NCBI RefSeq assembly: GCF_035084215.1
Contig: NC_090363.1
Span: 10,976,001-11,040,000 of the forward strand
Reading direction: 5' to 3'
Origin: Heptranchias perlo
Taxonomy: Eukaryota
Length of the DNA: 64,000 nucleotides
Shown one piece after another: positions 54,032 through 64,000 of this stretch (position 1 is its first letter; every line of letters starts with the position of its first letter). Made by a program: the position numbers and the translations under genes. The notes under the pieces are model-generated. The model did not search any database, had not been told where the DNA came from, and was given only the letters and a program-made list of their open reading frames with translations.

Positions 54032-54405
54032 ACAACAATAACTTGCATGTATAGGGTGCCTTTAAAGTAGCAAAACTTCCAAAGACACTACACAGGAGCG
54101 ATACCAAACAAAATTTGACACCGAGCCAACGAAGGAGATATTAGGACAGGCTTGGTCAAAGAGGTAGGTTTTAAGGAGCGTCTTAAAGGAGGAGAGAGAG
54201 GCGGAAAGGTTTAGAGAGGGAATTCCAGAACTTAGGGCCTAGGCAGCGGAAGGCACGGCCGCCAATGGTGGAGCGATTAAAATCGGGGCTGTGTAAAAGG
54301 CCAGAATTGGAGGAGCGCAGAGATCTCTTGGGCTGGAGGAGGTTACAGAGATAGGCAGAGGGGCAAGGCCACAGAGTGATTTGAAAACAACAATGAGAAT
54401 TTTAA
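54032..54405 (-). mobile_element. L2-type LINE 3' fragment
   Basis: Same tail and body as 50899-51530. Confidence 0.82.
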
Positions 54406-54944
54406 ACAGATATAGAGACACGACGGGAGAAACAGAAAGAGGTAGATGCACAAATAAACAGAAATGGCAAGAGAGAGAGAGAAACTGAAATAAAAATATT
54501 TGGGGAAAGACAAAGACAGAAAAAGAGAAATAGCAAGAGAGAGAAAAACACAGAGAAGCCGCAGGATACATAGAAACTAATTTTTGCGGGGGAGAGACAG
54601 AGAAAAACAGAGAGAACGAGAGAGAAACTGAAAGATTTATAGGGGGAGAAAACCAGAAAGACAGATGCAGAAATAGAGAGAAATAGCAAGAGAGACAGAA
54701 AGAGACGAGACAGATTCCCATCGGCCCGAAGTATGGGTTTTCGGTCAGTTGTTCTTAGCTCTTGCCTATAGCACCCTAAGATGGCAGTTGTGACAAGTCT
54801 TTCCCTTCCTTGTCTGAGAGTGAGTGGTGAGGTGCTGCTTGCTTCCAGCTCATTAAATGACAGCCTACATTTACCACAGCTCGCAAGGTCAAGTGCAGAC
54901 TGAACCCAGCACGCACTGACACTGTCTGAACGTTTTCACTGTAT

Positions 54945-55565
54945 CTTAAGGGGGCTGGAACACAAAGGGGAGGAAGTGATGCTTCAGTTGTACAGAGCCT
55001 TGGTCAGACCCCATCTGCAGTACTGCATTCAGTTCTGGGCACCGCACCTCAGGAAGGATATACTGGCCTTGGAGGGGGTGCAGCGCAGATTCACCAGAAT
55101 GATACCGGGGCTGAGAGGGTTAAATTATGAGAACAGGTTGCATAGACTTGGCTTGTATCCCCTTGATTATAAAAGATCGAGGGGTGATCTGATCAAGTTG
55201 GTTAACATGATAAAAAGATTTGATCGGGTAGATACAGAGAAACTATTTCCTCTGGTGGGGAAATGAAGAACAAGGGGACATAATCTTAAAAATAAGAGCC
55301 AGGCCGCTCAGGAACGAAATCAGGAAGCATTTTTTCACACAAAGGAGAGTGGAAATCTGGAACTCTCTCTCCCAAAAGGCTGTGGATGCTGGAGAACAGT
55401 TGGAGCTTTCAAGACTGAGATCGATAGATTTTTGTTGGGTAAGGGTATCAAGGGATATGGAGCAAAGGCAGGAAAATGAAGTTGAGGTGCAGATCAGCCG
55501 CCAGCTAATTGAATGGCGGAACGGGTCCAAGGGGCTGAATGGCCTCCTCCTGTTCTTAATGTTAC
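54945..55565 (+). mobile_element. CR1 3' fragment
   Basis: LYRALVRPHLQYCIQFWAPHLRKDI. Confidence 0.88.
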
Positions 55566-56599
55566 TGTGTTACATTAGGCCCTGGTGGGGTATCACAGCC
55601 GAGCCCATTCTGGTCCGTACCCAACATCTGCACCTGCGCACCGTACATTTAAAGAAGAACAGCAAAATTTGCAGAGGATGAAGATAAATGTTTCTCTACC
55701 ACATTTCTGTCCTCTTTAGAACTACGTATCAGAGGCAGCCAGAGAATTTGTGCCCCATGTGACTTGGTGGATTTGTCCTGCCCTGATATCATGACCGACC
55801 AATATTGCTCGCACTCCACTGTCCCTGTTCGGTGTGGTACTGGGAGCTGAATCAGATCAGCCATGATCTGATTAAATGGTGGTACAGGCTTGAGGGGCTG
55901 AATGGCCTACTTCTGTTCCTATGGATAACTTGCTGGCTCTCAATGGCCTGTCCCAGGAGTTTGGTGGGCTGACCAAATCCTGTCCATCTAGTTAAGACTG
56001 GATGGTTCAGCTCTTGTTGCACTTTGGTAAAAACAGCTGAATCTAAGCTGACTAAACTGGAGGTAGACTGACCTGGTCGAAAAATGGCCAGTTGGTAGTG
56101 ACATCTATTAGTTGGGACAATCGGTAATTTGGGCTTTCCACCAAGATGCCCTGATCAAATGTTCTTCTTTATCTGCGATCGCATGCTGCCCCCTCTGTCT
56201 CGCGTTTTATTTTTGTTCTCATTTGCCTTGACCAACTTTGACGAATGTAGGTGAGGCAACACTCTGGATTGACATGGTGAAAGATCAATCTGGTCCGATG
56301 GTCGAGTTTCCCCAGCGGACCGGATCAACTGCAGTGTTTGGGAGAAGGACAGGCAGCCTAGTCAGGTTAGGTCCTTTCAAGTGGGCTTGTTTCGATGGTA
56401 GAGAGAAGGCTGCATTGGTAGGAACAATGTTTAGGTGAAGAGTTTGTCTCTGAGTGACTGTGGAACCCAAACTCCGGGTGTTACCAATGGGTGATCTGTC
56501 ACTGTTTTCACAAATCTTTTTTGTTACATGCAGGAAGGGGAAAGAGCAAGAGTCCTACCCTCAAAAGAAAATTGACCCATAATTATATAAATGTCTTTG

Positions 56600-57002
56600 G
56601 GCACATCTCAAATTGCCTTGCATACAGTGAACTTCTTTGCCGTTACTGTTGGCCAATGATACAACCAGGCTGGCACAGCAAGAGCCCACAAACATCGGTG
56701 AGCCTGTTTCTGGTGGTGTTGATAAGGAAAGAATGTTGGCCAGGACCTCCTGCACCGCTTGAAATAATGTCAAGAGATCTTTAATATCCACCTGAACTAG
56801 TAGATGGGGGAGGGGCGACGGGAGTGGGTGGGTGGGGGGCGGGCAGGGGTGACGTGGGCTCGGTTTCGAATCGCATCTGAAGGATGGCGACTGTGGCATT
56901 TCACCAGAACGTCAGCCCAGATTACGTGCTCAAGTCCTGGTGTGGATGTTGAAACTACGGCCTTCTGGCCCAGAGAGTACCATCAATTCAGCCAAACTGA
57001 CA
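56600..57002 (-). mobile_element. Diverged Deu-type SINE
   Basis: cacagcaagagcccacaaac...ttggccaggac...atccacctgaa...gtgctcaagtcctgg. Confidence 0.65.
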
Positions 57003-57224
57003 CAAGGAGCCCTCACTATTTAAATTCCACCCAATATATTTGTTCATGGTTTACCTTTAATAACTCAAACAGAAAGTACAACTTCAAAGCTATGAAGTCA
57101 CAGCCAGCAATGTAATTTCTTCCCGACGTACTATTTTATCAACAAAAAAAGTTGATTCCTCTGCACCCCACTTTAGGCACAAACGTACAAAGAGGCTGAA
57201 TTTCCTTGGCCTTTCTGGCTGTGG

Positions 57225-57580
57225 GGGTTTTGAAATGTGGGTTTTTCACAAGAGTAAATAAGGAGAAACTGTTTCCAGTAGCGGAAAAGTCAGTAACCAG
57301 AGGACACGGGTTTAAGGTAATTGGCAAAAGAACCACAGGGGGAGATGAGGAGAAATTTTTTTTACGCAGAGTTGTTTATGATCCGGAATTCACTGCCTGA
57401 AAGGGCGGTGGAAGCAGATTCAATAGTAACTTTGAACAGGGATTTGGATAAATACTTGAAAAGGAAAAATGTGCAGGGCTACGGGGAAAGAGTATGGGGG
57501 AGTGGGACTAACTGGATAGCTTTTTCAAAGAGCCGGCACAGGCACAGTGGGCCGAATGGCCTCCTTCTGTTCTGTATCGT
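57225..57580 (+). mobile_element. CR1 3' fragment
   Basis: LPERAVEADSIV translation, CR1 3' UTR. Confidence 0.8.
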
Positions 57581-57667
57581 TCGATGTAGAGTGCGATATT
57601 CAGGGTGGGCAGGAGCCAATCACGCTGGTATTCCACAGAGCAGCGATCGATGGCAGTGGGGAAAGGA

Positions 57668-58104
57668 GAACTTTCATTTATATAGCACCTTTCACAACCT
57701 CAGAACATCCCAAAGTGCTTCATAGCCATTGAAGTAGTTTTGTAGCATAGTCACCGTTGTAATGTAGAGAAACTCAGCAGCCAATCTGCGCACAGCAAGC
57801 TCCCACAAACAGCAATGAGATATATGACCAGGTGTTTTTTTTTAGTAATTTTGGTTGAGGGATAAATATTGGCCAGAACTCCCCTGCTCTTCGAAATTGT
57901 GCTGCGGGATCTTTACGACCACCTGAGAGGGCAAACAGGGCCTCTCTTTAACGTCTCATCCGAAAGTCGGAACCTCTGAGAGTGCAGCTCTCCCTCAGTG
58001 CTGCACTGGGAGTGTCAGCCTGGATTATGGGCTCAAGTCTCTGGACTGGGGCTTGAAACCACAACCTTCTGACTCAGAGGCGAGAGTGCTACCCACTGAG
58101 CCAT
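57668..58104 (-). mobile_element. Same Deu-type SINE family
   Basis: Colinear with 61929-62392. Confidence 0.85.
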
Positions 58105-58531
58105 GGAAACCAGGCCTACTGCAAAAAAAGTCTGGAACTTTCTTCCGCCCACTAACTACCAAAACGCCCTCCCTCGAAGTTCCTGTCATGGGTTGGCTGC
58201 TCGCTCCATGTAAATACCCTGACTGTGGGAAATCCAGCGGGCTCAGGGGCACCTGGGGCTAGTGGGTGGAAGTCCCGCCAAGCTACGGGTACAATGGTAA
58301 CCCGCTGGCCCCGAGGAAATTCAAGGTCAAAGTATAGAGGGGCTGAATGGCCTACTCCTGTTCCTAACCAGCAAATTAGCCACAAATTGACAGCTCTGTG
58401 AATGGGGTCAGAGAGAGTAATCCAGCACAGGCTACAAGAACAGTGTTATCTACTGGTAGAAAAATACCACTGCATTGATAATCACTGCCAAAGTCCACTT
58501 TGCAATTGTACAGTGCACACTGCCTATTGTT

Positions 58532-58932
58532 AACAGCAACAACTTGCATTTATATAGCGCCTTTAACATAGTAAAACATCCCAAGGCGCTTCACAGGAGT
58601 GTAATCAGACAAAATTTGACACCGAGCCACATAAGGAGATATTAGGTCAGATGACCAAAAGCTTAGTCAAAGAGGTAGGTTTTAAAGATCATCTTAAAGG
58701 AGAGGTAGAGAGGCGGAGAGGTTTAGGGAGGGAATTCCAGAGCTCAGGGCCGAGGCAGCTGAAGGCACGGCCGCCAATGGTGGAGCGAAGGGAGTGGGGG
58801 TTGCACAAGATACCAGAGTTGGAGGAGCGCAGAGGGTTCTGGGGCTGGGGCGAGGCCAAGGAGGGATTTCAACACGAGGATGATAATTTTAAATGAGGCG
58901 TTGTTGGACCTGGAGCCAATGTAGGTCAGCAA
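58532..58932 (-). mobile_element. L2-type LINE 3' fragment
   Basis: caacaacttgcatttatatagcgcc tail. Confidence 0.85.
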
Positions 58933-58989
58933 TGTGCTTCAGTCTCTTGTTACCTGGCAACTGGGGGGCAGCGAAGCATGGGGCCTGAG

Positions 58990-59347
58990 TATGGTTGCCA
59001 ATGCTCCAGGATTGCCCTGGAGTCTCCAAGAATTAAAGGCTCATCTCCAGGACACTGCTGTGAGCGACACCCCGGATAAAATTCATAGTGGCATTAAAAA
59101 AAAGTGTTTTTTTGTCAATTTTCTTTGAGCACTTTTATTTACTAGTTACAAAAATATTGGACACATTTGACTGAGTCAAGAATCGTCCAATCGGGTCTGT
59201 TTGCTTTCCAATTGGCCGCAGGAAGGCGGTGGGCTGGGAGGATGGCCGTAGTGGGAGACCAAGGCGGGAGCATGGGGGGATGGTGGTGTGATTGGACGTC
59301 ATGTGATGAAACCTCCAGGAATATGTCCACCAGAGTTGGCAACCATA
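58990..59347. mobile_element. hAT-type MITE
   Basis: TIR tatggttgccaa / ttggcaaccata; perfect 8-bp TSD ggcctgag (58982-58989, 59348-59355). Confidence 0.88.
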
Positions 59348-59752
59348 GGCCTGAGGCAGGAATGGGGGCGTACTGGCTCAGGTAATGCTCTTGTAGGTGC
59401 ATTTCTGCTTCTAATATCTCTCCCAAGTGGGAATTCTTCGGTGACAGTCCACAGGTTTTGGGGGGTGGGGGGTATTGGGAGGGGAGCGAAACCATTGGAA
59501 TCCAGTCACCTGACAAAAGACACAGGCTTTCCAGCACGTCTCACTGGAATACAATTGGACTGGGAACCCCAGTTGAGGTTTCTCCCCTCTAGCCAATAAT
59601 AACATCTCAAGGTGAATTAGACCACTGCATGGTCCTCTCGTTGTTGGAACCCAGTGCAATTGCAGTGTAGTCACAAGTGTACAACAGGGCTTCTAAACCA
59701 GGAAGGTGACTCCTTCCCCTCATTATTCACCATTCACCTCCTCATTTAATAT

Positions 59753-59962
59753 ATGATGTGGAAATGCCTGTGATGGACTGGGGTGGACAAATGTAACGAG
59801 TCTTACAACACCAGGTTATAGTCCAACAGTTTTATTTGAAAATCACAAGGTTTCGGAGCTTTCCTCCTTCGTCAGGTGACTCAGGAGGAAAGCTCCGAAA
59901 CCTTGTGATTTTCAAATAAAACTGTTGGACTATAACCTGGTGTTGTGAGACTCCTTACATTT
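59753..59962. mobile_element. Palindromic PLE mini-insertion, third copy (related subfamily)
   Basis: Tail atgatgtggaaatgcc...; ~80-bp arms (59789-59868 and 59883-59962) with 2 mismatches; flanking repeat catttaatata. Confidence 0.8.
59843..59879 (-). ncRNA. Hammerhead-like motif (variant GAAACCTT)
   Basis: Reverse complement reads tcac-CTGACGA-a-ggag gaaag ctcc-GAAA-cc-TT-gtga. Confidence 0.55.
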
Positions 59963-61102
59963 AATATACCACCCAAACCCGTGACCTCCACCACCTAGGA
60001 CAAGGGCAGCAGGTGCACAGGAACACGACCACCTGCACGATCCCCTCCAAGTCACACGCCATCCTGACCTAAACATATATTGGTCATCCCTTCATCATCA
60101 CTGGGTCAAAATCCTGGAATTCCCCACCTAACAGTACTGTGGGATGACCCTTCACAGTACCGTGGGATTACACCTAACAGCACTGGCGGATTACCCCTAA
60201 CAGTAACTTTGGGATTACCCCTAACTGCACTGTGGGAGCACCTTCACCACAGACTGCAATGGTTCAAGAATGCAGCCCACCACCACCACCTACTCCAGGT
60301 CGACCAGGGACGGGCAATAAATGCCAGCCTTGCCCGCGTCAGCCCTATATCCCGAGAACGAATTTTTTAAAAAACATACCTTCTCCCATCATCTGCTCCT
60401 TCGCTTTTCCCTCTCCGTTTCCACTCATGCAAACGTGGCTGGTGTCAACACCCCACCAGGAGACGAGGGCTGGAGAAGGCATCGGTACAAAGAACTGGAT
60501 GTGCAACTGCACAGCGTGCAGCCCCGCTTCTGGGACGCCAAAATGACACCGGCCGCATTTTCCAAACACAAACGGCAGGGAGACGTTAAACCTGCCTGTA
60601 AGTGTTGGGCCGGGCTGTTTCTTTTCCTCTCCAGAAGAGGCCGACCTGCTGCACCGTGGCTCCACCCTGGCATCTCGCCCCAACGGCCAACCGTTTCGGC
60701 CGGCTATTCGACTGGTTGGGCCGTCACAGCCGAGCCGGACGCTGTCCGCGCACGGGCACTTGTTTAAAAAAAAATGCTCTCGGGACACTGGCAAGGCTGC
60801 ATTTATTGCCCATCCCTCGTTGCCCTAAGGGCATTAAGAGTCAGTGGTGTAGCCCGGGATTGGAGACATGCGTAGGCCAGACCAGTGTAGTGGTAGGTTT
60901 CCCCTCTCTGAAGGGGATCAGCGAACCGGGTTGGGTTTTTACAACAATCCAAAAACCGTTTACGGTCATTTTTTATTTTACCGCCCAGAAATCACCCGAT
61001 TGTTACTGAATTCAATTCCCCCCCCCTTGTCAGCGGCAGTCGCTGGACAGTAATCTGAAGGAGGGGCTCCTGACTGATTTCTTTGCTCCCTGATTGTCCT
61101 TC

Positions 61103-61487
61103 TTAGAACAGAGAAGGTCAAGAGGAGATTCAATAGATGTTCAAAATTACATGGGGTTTTGAGAAGAGTAAATAAGAAGAAACCATTTCCACTGACAGGA
61201 GGGTCGATAACCAGAGGAACAGATTTAAGATAATTGGCAAAAAAATCAGCAGGGAGATGAGGAGAATTTTTTTACACAGCGAGTTGTTATGATCTGGAAT
61301 GCGCTGCCTGAAAGGGCGGTGGAAGCAGATTCAATAGTAACTTTCAAAAGGGAATTGGATAAGTACTTGGAAAGGAACAAATTTACAGGGCTATGGGGAA
61401 AGAGCAGGGGAGTGGGACCGGGACTTTCCAAGAGCCGGCACAGGGCACAATGGGCCGAGTGGCCTCCTTTCTGTGCCGTACGGCTCT
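61103..61487 (+). mobile_element. CR1 3' fragment inserted in a SINE
   Basis: WNALPERAVEADSIVTFKRELDKYL. Confidence 0.82.
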
Positions 61488-61708
61488 AACGCAGCATTCC
61501 TATTACCACCCTGGCAGAGATCAGCCAAGTCAGTCCACCCTGGGGCCTTCCTGATCCACGGCGGGAGGCGGGTTTCGCCGACCGAGCCACAGGGAAACAC
61601 CCCGTCTCCCTCTTTACGGGATCGGCACGTGTGAGGTCCGAGGTAGCTCGAGGACGTGGGCAGAGCAAGCGCAGGTGATTCCGAGCCCAGAGAGTTGCCC
61701 AAACTTTC

Positions 61709-61714
61709 TTTATT
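61709..61714 (-). promoter_or_regulatory. Candidate polyadenylation signal (AATAAA) for the ZBTB transcript
   Basis: tttatt on the + strand, ~1.25 kb downstream of the stop. It is the first canonical hexamer I found; there is no transcript support. Confidence 0.3.
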
Positions 61715-61789
61715 CAAGGGGAGAACAGAGTTAAAAATTCAACACATTTTTTTTTAAAAACACAAATAGTAAAAGAACACAACAACAAA

Positions 61790-62480
61790 AAAAAAAGCAA
61801 AATACTGCAGATGCTGGAATTCTGAAACAAAGGAAACAAAACACAGAGAGCGCCGGAAACACTCGGCAGGTCTAGACAGCGTCTGTCGAGACACGCTTCG
61901 GGTGTTTGAACCCTTCCCCAGTTAGAAAGAACTTGCATTTATACATCGCCGTTCACATCCTCAGGACGTCCCAAAGCGTTTACAACCAATGAAGTACTTT
62001 TCTCGAAGTGTAGTCACTGTTGTAATGTAGGAAACGCGGCAGCCAATTTGCGCACAGCAAGCTCCCACAAACGGCAATGTGATAATGACCAGGCAATCTA
62101 TTTTTTTTGTTGACGTTAGTCGAGGGATAAATATTGGCCAGGACACCGGGGAGAACTCCTCTGCTCTCCTTCGAAACAGCGGCCGTGGGATCTTTTACTT
62201 CCACCTGAGGGCAGACAGGGCAGAAGGTTTAACGTCTCAACCAAAAGACGGCGCCTCCGATAGTGCAGCACTCCCTCAGTACGGCGCTGGGAGAGTCAGC
62301 CTGGATTACTGTGCTCAAGTCTCTGGGGTGGGACTCGTACTCACGACCCTTCTGACTCGGAGCAGAGCGCTACCCAGTGAGCCACGACTGACACGGTCCA
62401 GACACACAGTTCCGAGACGTCTCTCTAACAGACGCTAACTGACCCACTGAGCGTCTCCACCCTTTTCCGTGTCGGTTTCA
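61790..62480. mobile_element. Degenerate inverted PLE-type pLTR pair (about 61790-61920 and 62410-62480) bracketing a SINE
   Basis: Left: gcaaaatactgcagatgctggaa...cactcggcaggtctagacagcgtctgt. Right: acagacgctaactgacccactgagcgtctcc, loosely complementary. Confidence 0.5.
61929..62392 (-). mobile_element. Deu-domain-type tRNA SINE (SacSINE1/AmnSINE-like) with L2-like tail
   Basis: Reverse strand: gtggctcactgggtagcgctct...gagtcagaaggg head, tgctgtttgtgggagcttgctgtgcgcaaattggctgccgcg-type core, tail aatgcaagtt. Confidence 0.85.
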
Positions 62481-62619
62481 TAAATATTAAAGCAGAGGCA
62501 GCTGTAAAAAATACTTCAATGTGCAGCACCAGGATTTACAGATATATATATATCTAAATATATATATATTTTTTTTTATATACTTAAATACTCGTTTATG
62601 TAAAAATTGTCCGCACAAT

Positions 62620-64000
62620 CTGATTCGAAGATGCGGGCTTGAATCTGGACAGCGTCAGTTCCACGACCTCACGTTAGTAACTCTGCACTCGTTCCAAACG
62701 GTCAGCTCGTGGCGTCCACCGCAGCCTCCGATAATCTCGTACACAAGATTAGGCGTCGCCCCCCTCAATCACCTGGGCTTCCTTCCCCAGCCCCCCACCC
62801 TCTCCCGCCCGCCCGCACTCCCTCCCTCCCGCCCCACCCCCCATCAACAGCCTCGCCCACCCCCCTCCCCCCACTCAGCCATTCCGTATCCTCTTTGGTC
62901 GCGAGTTTTAAGAGGCAGCGCGTTGCTGCCCGGGGGCTGGCTGAACGTGACGCGGGTCAGAGGTCGGAGGGCACGTTGAGGTCGGAGGGCACGTCCAGGT
63001 CGGGAATGATGCCGGGCGGGGTGGGCGCGGCGGCGGCGGCTGCGTGGTAGAGCTTGGCGCAGGCGTTGCGGTGGCGGGTGAAGCTGTCGCGCCACATGAA
63101 TTTCTTGCCGCAGTAGTGGCACTCGTAGGGCTTGTGGCCCGTGTGGATCTTCATGTGTCCCATCAGGTGGTGCTTCATCTTGAACTTCTTGTTGCAGATG
63201 GGGCAGCCGAACGGCCGGACGTTGAGGTGCATGCTCATGTGCCGGTCCCGCTGGCTCTTGTGGGCAAAGCTCTTGCCGCACTGGCAGGGGTAGAGCTTGT
63301 AGACCCCGCCGGGAAAGTCCGAGTTGGCCGCCGCCAGCTGGCCTGGGCTGGGGCCCGGCTCGCCCAGCACCCCGTAGGCTCCGTTCTCCTGAATCTCCCC
63401 CGGCAGCCCGTCGCCCGGGGGGATCCCGTCGGGGGGAGGGCTGAGTCCTCCTCCGCCCCCACCCGGCCCCCCCATCCGGTCGAAGTGGAAGTCGTCTGAC
63501 GAGCCGTAGTAGTCGACCGGCTCGTCGTAGCTGGGGTCCTCGGTGAACTCGTCGTACTCCTCGGGCAGGCCGTGCTCCGCGAAATGGCCGCCCTCGTTGC
63601 CGCCGGGCTCCTCCTCCTCCGCCGCCACCACCGCCCCCCCCAGCCCCCTCTTGCCGGCAGCCTGCAGGAACCGCGGCTCCCCCTCCTCGCTGCCCGTTGA
63701 CCGCACGTCGTCCGCCTTGCCGCCGGTCTTCACGAAGACCCACCTCTTGTGCGGCACGATGCTGGGCTGGCTGTAGCCTGGCACCGGGTAGGGGCAGTCC
63801 AGGCTGTTGCTGACCCCCGCCTCGCAATCCCCGTTCACCCCCCCGCCGCCAAATTTCTCCCGCTCCGCCGAGTTGCTGATAACGTTGTCTTGCTCCGTCT
63901 CGCGGCCCGGCGACGCCTGGCCTTTCGGGCCTTCCTCGTCCTCCTCCTCGTCCTCATCCTCATCCTCCTCCTCGTCGTGGTTGCCCTCCATCTTGATGTC
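62620..64000. other. GC/CpG-rich segment (CpG-island-like) covering the ZBTB coding exon and proximal 3' UTR
   Basis: Abundant CpG and high GC compared with the AT-rich rest of the window. Confidence 0.7.
62957..64000 (-). CDS. ZBTB22/ZBTB43: C-terminal part of a BTB-zinc finger protein of the ZBTB22/ZBTB43 subfamily; frame stays open to the window edge (BTB domain expected upstream, outside the window)
   Basis: Open frame from 64000 (DIKMEGNHDEEE...) to TGA at 62957-62959. Three fingers at ~63059-63292: YPCQCGKSFAHKSQRDRHMSMH (atypical C-x-C spacing), FGCPICNKKFKMKHHLMGHMKIH and YECHYCGKKFMWRDSFTRHRNAC (C2HC). Linker motifs YSQPSIVPHKRW and YDEPVDYYGSS resemble ZBTB43/ZBTB22 as I recall them. 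Very high GC3. Paralog identity is not resolved. Confidence 0.93.
   Translation of the reverse strand, partial: DIKMEGNHDEEEDEDEDEEEDEEGPKGQASPGRETEQDNVISNSAEREKFGGGGVNGDCEAGVSNSLDCPYPVPGYSQPSIVPHKRWVFVKTGGKADDVRSTGSEEGEPRFLQAAGKRGLGGAVVAAEEEEPGGNEGGHFAEHGLPEEYDEFTEDPSYDEPVDYYGSSDDFHFDRMGGPGGGGGGLSPPPDGIPPGDGLPGEIQENGAYGVLGEPGPSPGQLAAANSDFPGGVYKLYPCQCGKSFAHKSQRDRHMSMHLNVRPFGCPICNKKFKMKHHLMGHMKIHTGHKPYECHYCGKKFMWRDSFTRHRNACAKLYHAAAAAAPTPPGIIPDLDVPSDLNVPSDL

Larger units (their letters stand above)
53530..54720. repeat. GA-rich low-complexity tract interrupted by a MITE and an L2 fragment
   Basis: Strong purine bias (gagagaaacagag-like units) on the + strand. Confidence 0.8.
59705..60372 (+). 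mobile_element. LINE 3' fragment (family of 44145-45419) hosting the third PLE palindrome
   Basis: cccaaacccgtgacctccaccacctag...gggcaataaatgcc. Confidence 0.72.

Noticed and set aside
900..62600. Tapasin (TAPBP) or ZBTB34 exons expected from synteny
   Set aside because: I checked the unique segments and found no Ig-domain, tapasin or BTB motifs.
62844..63827. 327-aa alternative-frame ORF and plus-strand ORFs over the ZBTB exon
   Set aside because: Shadow ORFs expected from very high GC3; low-complexity R/G/P/A content.

Overview
Vertebrate genomic DNA. The repeat families (CR1 LINEs, L2, Deu-type SINEs, hairpin Penelope remnants) point to a cartilaginous fish (shark-like); this is an inference. 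The only host gene I can support is the 3' part of a single-exon-like, GC-rich ZBTB22/ZBTB43-family zinc-finger CDS on the minus strand (62957 to beyond the right edge). About 37 kb (~11130-48570) is a 47-bp satellite with layered higher-order structure. Its multi-kb units have captured and co-amplified a MITE, a LINE tail, a Penelope pLTR and a SINE. Two more tandem arrays (47 bp at 2.4-3.4 kb, 19 bp at 52.2-53.0 kb) share a core motif with it. The most notable small features are three independent ~200-225 bp palindromic Penelope-like insertions. Each has a ~39-nt tail, an inverted arm pair and a target-site duplication, and carries a minimal type I hammerhead-ribozyme motif, with compensatory base changes between copies. 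The rest is nested CR1/L2/SINE/MITE debris. Most ORFs in the supplied track are repeat-derived artefacts. Repeat boundaries are read by eye and are approximate unless a TSD is quoted.
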